DNA of 64,000 bases from Thermoanaerobaculia bacterium (GTDB lineage Bacteria > Acidobacteriota > Thermoanaerobaculia > Multivoradales > Multivoraceae). Within the stretch, counting starts at the first letter, position 1. Each line of letters opens with the position of its first letter. The notes beneath the pieces were generated by a model. It made no database searches. It saw only the letters and a list, made by a program, of their open reading frames with translations, and had not been told where the DNA came from. Of this stretch, positions 57,688 to 64,000 are shown in pieces. Location: the NCBI GenBank assembly GCA_035546295.1, contig DATKBT010000076.1:804-64803 (forward strand), given 5' to 3'. A program made the position numbers and the translations under genes.

Positions 57688-60404
57688 GCCCGTCGTTCGA
57701 TGGTCTGGCGAGGAGCCTGCACCGCCTCGCGCTGGCGCTCTATCCGCGCAGCTTCCGCGAGCGCTTCGGCGAGGAGCTCGACTCCTGCCTCGCCGACCTG
57801 CTCGCGGACGCGCGGCGGCGCGGGCGCCTGGCGCGCCTCACCGCCGCGCTCGGCGCGCTCCTGCGCGCCCTGCTCGCCGCACCGCGCGCCTGGCGCCAGG
57901 CTCGCGGCCGACCGGCTCCCAGCCCTTCTCCCGAACGCCCCGAGACCCCGGAGGATCGCATGCACCGACTCCTACGAGACCTTCGATTCGCCGCCCGCCG
58001 CCTCGCGCGAGCGCCCGGCTTCGTGCTGCTGGCGGTGACCTCCCTCGCGATCGGCGTGGGCGCGAACACCAGCATGCTGTCGACCGTCGATGGTCTGATC
58101 TGGCGGCGCTTGCCGGTGCCGGAGGCGGAGCGTCTCGTCCGCGTGGCAGAGGTCAACGAGTACGGTGCCCGCAACACCGCCTACGGCAACTACCGGAGTC
58201 TGGCCGAGGAGGCGGGCGAAGTGTTCGAGGGGGTCTCGGTCCAGGACCTCGAGACTTTCGCGATCGCCGTCGGCGACTCGCTCGAGCTCACCTTCGGAGA
58301 GCTGGTCTCGGCCGACTACTTCGAGACGCTCCGGCTCGAGCCCGCGCTGGGCCGCTTCTTCTCGCCCGCCGACGCCGAGGCGCCGGCTGAGCCCCTGGTG
58401 ACGGTGCTGTCCCACCACCTGTGGCAGCGAGCATTCTCGGCCGATCCCGGCGTCGTCGGCCGGACGATCCGGATCAACGACCAGCCGGCGACGGTGGTCG
58501 GGGTCGCTCCCGCGAGCTTCGAGGGCACCAAGTTCGCGCTCGGCATGGATCTGTGGGTGCCGGCGCGCCCCTGGGGGCGGACCCAGGGCTGGGGAGAATG
58601 GGAGAGCGTGCGCGACAGCGCCTCGTGGAACGTCTTCGCCCGGCTGCGCCCGGACACCTCGATCGGGCAGGCTCAGTCCTCGCTCGACGTGCTCGCCGCG
58701 CGTCTCGCCGAGCAGCACCCGGAGACCAACGCCTCGACCCGCTTCCTGATCGTCGACGAGCGGGTGGGGAGGATCACGCCCGATAGCGGACCCCTCCTCG
58801 GCCTGATCGCGGCGGTGGCGATCGGAGCGTCGTCACTGGTGCTGCTGGTGGCGGCCGCCAACGTCGGCGGGCTCCTGCTGACGCGCGCCGTCGCGCGCCG
58901 GCGCGAGCTCGGGCTGCGCGCGGCGCTCGGCGCTCGACGCTCGCGGCTGGCCGGCGAGCTGCTGGGCGAGGGCGCGATCCTCGCCCTGCTCGGCGGCGCC
59001 CTCGGCGTCGCCGCCGCCTTCGTGACGCCGCGCTTGATGCTCGACCTCCTGCCGTCGCTCCCCTACCGTTTCGCGCTCGACCTGCGCCCGAGCCCGGCGG
59101 TGATCGCCGGCGCGCTCGGCGCGTCCCTGCTCGCGGTCCTGCTCGGGGCGCTGGCGCCCGCGATGCGCGCCAGCCGCATGGAGCCGGCGAGCGCGCTCGG
59201 CGACCGCACCCCGCGCGGTCGGCGCGGTCGTGGTCTCGACCTCGTCGTCGTGGCGATGACGGCGATCGCCTTTCTCTCGCTCACCCTCGGAACGCTCTTC
59301 ATCCGCTCACTGTCCTCGGTACGCGAGATCGATCCCGGGTTCGCCACCGAGCAGCGCCTGCTCGCCTCCTTCGACGTCGGCCTGGCGGGAAACTCCGGGC
59401 TCGAGAGCGCGGACTACGCGCAACGCCTCGTCGAGCGGGTGTCGGCCCTGCCCGGGGTCGAGCGCGCCGCCGTCAGCTCGTTGATGCCGCTCGGTGACAG
59501 CAGCAACAGCACCTACCTGTTCGCCGCCGACCGCTCCTACCCCGACGATCAGCCCGGCGAGCGGACCTGGTACGCGGCGGTCACCCCCGAGTGGCTCGCC
59601 ACCGCCGGGACCTCGCTGCTCGAGGGTCGCGGCATCACGTCCGCGGACGAAGCCGGCACGCCCCCGGTCGCCGTGATCAACCGCACTCTGGCGGAGCGGC
59701 TCTGGCCGGAGGGCGACTGGATCGGTCGCCGCCTGCGTTTCGGTCGCGATCCCGGGGCGAGGACGTCCGAAGTGGTGGGCGTGATGGAGGAGGGCCGGTA
59801 CGAGCAGGCGAACGAACGACCGCTCGCCGCAGCGTTCGTTCCCTTCGCCCAGTCGCCGTGGGAGAACGCCGTGATCCTGGTCCAGGCCGACGGCGTTCCT
59901 CCCGAGTCGCTCGCCGCGAGCCTGCGAAGCGCCGCCCGCGAGATCGATCCCCGCGTCCCGCTGTTCGGACTGCGCACGGTCGACGCCCACGTCGCGAGCT
60001 CGCTCTGGCTCTTCCGTACGGCCGCCGGCCTGTCGTCGGCGCTCGGCGTCCTCGCGCTGCTGCTCGCGACCGCGGGCGTCTACGGTGTGATCTCGTACCG
60101 CGTCGGACAGCGTACCCGCGAGTTGGGCGTGCGGCTCGCCATCGGCGCCCAGACGCCGCAGCTCTTCGGCCTGGTGCTGCGCGGCGGCTTGGTGCTGTGC
60201 GCGAGCGGGCTTGCGGTCGGCTCGGTGCTGGCGCTCGTCATCGGCGGCGCCCTGGGCGGTCTGCTGATCGGCGTCGACCCCCACGACGCGCGAATCTACC
60301 TGACGGTCGCGTCGCTGCTCGCGCTGGTCACCGTCGTGGCCGCTCTACGCCCGGCGTCGAGGGCTGCCCGCATCGACCCGGTCCGCTCGCTGCGGGTGGG
60401 TTGA
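57684..60404 (+). CDS. MacB/FtsX-like duplicated permease (ADOP-type), coupled to PadR
   Basis: 906 aa; GTG at 57684 overlaps the PadR TGA (GTGA); TM after LRDLRFAARRLARAPGFVLLAVTSLAIGVGANTSMLSTV; two FtsX-like modules. Confidence 0.8.
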   Translation: MSPSFDGLARSLHRLALALYPRSFRERFGEELDSCLADLLADARRRGRLARLTAALGALLRALLAAPRAWRQARGRPAPSPSPERPETPEDRMHRLLRDLRFAARRLARAPGFVLLAVTSLAIGVGANTSMLSTVDGLIWRRLPVPEAERLVRVAEVNEYGARNTAYGNYRSLAEEAGEVFEGVSVQDLETFAIAVGDSLELTFGELVSADYFETLRLEPALGRFFSPADAEAPAEPLVTVLSHHLWQRAFSADPGVVGRTIRINDQPATVVGVAPASFEGTKFALGMDLWVPARPWGRTQGWGEWESVRDSASWNVFARLRPDTSIGQAQSSLDVLAARLAEQHPETNASTRFLIVDERVGRITPDSGPLLGLIAAVAIGASSLVLLVAAANVGGLLLTRAVARRRELGLRAALGARRSRLAGELLGEGAILALLGGALGVAAAFVTPRLMLDLLPSLPYRFALDLRPSPAVIAGALGASLLAVLLGALAPAMRASRMEPASALGDRTPRGRRGRGLDLVVVAMTAIAFLSLTLGTLFIRSLSSVREIDPGFATEQRLLASFDVGLAGNSGLESADYAQRLVERVSALPGVERAAVSSLMPLGDSSNSTYLFAADRSYPDDQPGERTWYAAVTPEWLATAGTSLLEGRGITSADEAGTPPVAVINRTLAERLWPEGDWIGRRLRFGRDPGARTSEVVGVMEEGRYEQANERPLAAAFVPFAQSPWENAVILVQADGVPPESLAASLRSAAREIDPRVPLFGLRTVDAHVASSLWLFRTAAGLSSALGVLALLLATAGVYGVISYRVGQRTRELGVRLAIGAQTPQLFGLVLRGGLVLCASGLAVGSVLALVIGGALGGLLIGVDPHDARIYLTVASLLALVTVVAALRPASRAARIDPVRSLRVG

Positions 60405-60414
60405 GGGTGCGAGC

Positions 60415-62316
<1,902 letters not shown>

Positions 62317-62554
62317 CGGGAGCTTGGATCGGAGCGACACCGCTCGCCGGCGCGCGAGCAGGTCGGCGAAGTGTAGTGCCCCAGGCTGCCGGTCACGATC
62401 GGGCTCGACCCCAGGCACCGTCGAAGACGAGCGCACGCTCCTGCTGCGCCTCTCGCCCCGGAGATCGGGGGCGCACATGGGATGCCGATCGCGCCGGCGC
62501 CGAGGATCCTCGGTCCTTCGCCGTGCCGCCGCGGCGATCCTGCTGGCCGCCTCC

Positions 62555-63223
62555 TCAGACTGCGAGCAGGCGCTCGAAGAACGACCGGTAGCGCCGGAGT
62601 GTGACGCGCAGATCCTCGGTCGTCACCTCCTCGCCGCGATCCCAGATCCCCTCGAGCTGACGGCGGTCACGCTCGAAGCACTGGTGCAGCGAATCGGTCG
62701 CCTCGCGCACCAGGGCGTCGGCGTCTCCCACCGCCCGCCTCGGCGCGTCGACGAACGAGGCCTGGATCTCGTCCCAGCGGGAGCGGAAGCGTCGGCTCTG
62801 CTCGTCGCCGAGCAGGCTGGCGCCCGTCCCGTCCGAGGTCACGACCACCGCGCTCTCTGCGCCCCGCATCCCGTGCGGCTCGGGCGGCGCCGTCAAGGGC
62901 GGCGGCTCAGGAGGCGGCGTGGTCTCGTCGCCCGACTCCCAGGCTCCGCGGCCGTCCGGGCCGGCGGCGGCGCTCTCGCGCGACCTCGAGGCGGAGACGG
63001 CCGCGGCTTCCCGAGGCTCACGACCGGCGTCTGCGCTGTGACGCTCCGCGTGAGGATCGTCCGCCGGCGCGGCCGCGCGCCCATCCCGCCGCAGCTCCGG
63101 TGACAGCATGCCGTCTCTCGCCTCCGGCGAGCGCGGCTTCTCCCTCGCCGCCTCGTGCTCTCGACTCCTGCGGGCTCTGCCTTGCTCGCGGTCCGAAGAC
63201 GGGGTGTCTACAGAACGGCTCAT
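62555..63223 (-). CDS. hypothetical protein, paralog of the upstream gene, with disordered Arg/Glu/Pro-rich N-terminus
   Basis: C-terminal about 90 aa (SRWDEIQASFVDAPRRAVGDADALVREATDSLHQCF ... LRVTLRRYRSFFERLL) is clearly homologous to the 63220..63786 product (ARWRELQKGFVERPSEAVARATALIDEAM ... LREAMVNYRVLFDHLL); start overlaps the upstream stop. Confidence 0.5.
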   Translation of the reverse strand: MSRSVDTPSSDREQGRARRSREHEAAREKPRSPEARDGMLSPELRRDGRAAAPADDPHAERHSADAGREPREAAAVSASRSRESAAAGPDGRGAWESGDETTPPPEPPPLTAPPEPHGMRGAESAVVVTSDGTGASLLGDEQSRRFRSRWDEIQASFVDAPRRAVGDADALVREATDSLHQCFERDRRQLEGIWDRGEEVTTEDLRVTLRRYRSFFERLLAV

Positions 63224-63786
63224 GATGCGATCTCCCTTCGAGGTTCGTAGCCGTTGCCGAGCAGGTGATCGAACAACACGCGATAGTTGACCATCGCCTC
63301 GCGCAGCTCTTCGGTCGTCGCGTCGCCGCGACGGCTGCGCTCGGCCACCGTGCCCGCCTCGCGATACGCCTGGACCTCGCGGGGGTAGTGCACCGACAGG
63401 TCGGCGTCCTTGTGCCGGATCTCGCCGAGCGGATAACCGCGCCTCTCCATCGCCTCGTCGATCAGAGCCGTAGCTCGCGCCACCGCTTCGCTCGGCCTCT
63501 CGACGAAACCCTTCTGCAATTCCCGCCAGCGAGCTGTAAGTTCTTCTTTGTCCGCCGGCGTCAGCGCGCGCAACTCGTAGCTGGCGACCCGCCTGCGCCG
63601 CGCCTCCAGCTCGTCCACCGCCCGCGCCCGGCTCCCCGAGACGGCGACCTCACGCTCATACTCCGGCCCGAACTGGCCCCGAAGCCTCTTGCGCTCGCGC
63701 CAGCGGCCGATCCAGAGGACGGGAATGATGACGGCCAGGATTACCGCCAGGCCGATCGCGATCATCGTCCATTCGTTCAGGATCAT
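63220..63786 (-). CDS. membrane-anchored hypothetical protein (single N-terminal TM), paralog of the downstream gene
   Basis: 188 aa; MILNEWTMIAIGLAVILAVIIPVLWIGRW TM anchor; AAGGAGGG RBS 7 nt before ATG 63786; ATG checked. Confidence 0.6.
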   Translation of the reverse strand: MILNEWTMIAIGLAVILAVIIPVLWIGRWRERKRLRGQFGPEYEREVAVSGSRARAVDELEARRRRVASYELRALTPADKEELTARWRELQKGFVERPSEAVARATALIDEAMERRGYPLGEIRHKDADLSVHYPREVQAYREAGTVAERSRRGDATTEELREAMVNYRVLFDHLLGNGYEPRREIAS

Positions 63787-64000
63787 CGTCGTCGTCCCTC
63801 CTTCGCTGGGCAGCTGCTCGCAAGCGGCGTGCCCGGCCCCTACGGCGCGAGGCACGCGAACGCCGCGCGCGGTTGGGCCGGCTCGCCTGCGCGTACGAGC
63901 TCGTTCGTCGGCTCGCTCGCGGTCTCGACGAGCCGCGTCGCGCGCGGTCTCGCGCTGCCGGGTCCGGCCTCCTCACCTGCCGCCGGTGCTCCCTAACGCG

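Overview
Very GC-rich (high third-position GC) chromosomal segment, with no integrase, transposase, CRISPR array, rRNA or tRNA that I could recognise. It looks like core/accessory chromosome of an Acidobacteria-type organism: there are four large MacB/FtsX-like duplicated permeases (the ADOP type typical of Acidobacteria), three of them each preceded by a PadR regulator. Because GC is so high, long spurious ORFs appear on both strands, so I called genes from protein-like composition, recognisable family motifs, RBS/start context and gene-to-gene coupling, and re-derived most start coordinates from the sequence. I call about 45 CDSs. They include two MBL-fold hydrolases (one AHL-lactonase-like), a YjbQ protein, an amidohydrolase lipoprotein, a family III CoA-transferase, a MATE efflux pump, DUF72, an FHA-EAL protein, a nitrilase-superfamily hydrolase, RpoD, an AidB-like acyl-CoA dehydrogenase, two PAS hybrid histidine kinases, an ECF sigma factor translationally coupled to a Ser/Thr kinase-TPR protein, a very large tandem Ser/Thr kinase with a C-terminal Cache-like sensor, an eRF1/Pelota-like (baeRF) protein, an SGNH hydrolase, an FGE-sulfatase-domain lipoprotein, EamA, a MocR-type regulator, a PAP2 phosphatase, a DUF2188 protein, an ABC-F ATPase, and several secreted or membrane hypotheticals. 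One frameshifted and truncated cysteine-synthase pseudogene is present. Non-coding features are several short tandem direct repeats in intergenic regions, AT-rich promoter islands with candidate operators, and a few GC-hairpin terminator candidates. The most unusual items are the tandem-kinase/pseudo-cyclase/Cache protein downstream of rpoD, the repeated PadR-permease cassettes that all share a GTGA stop/start overlap, and the baeRF gene.
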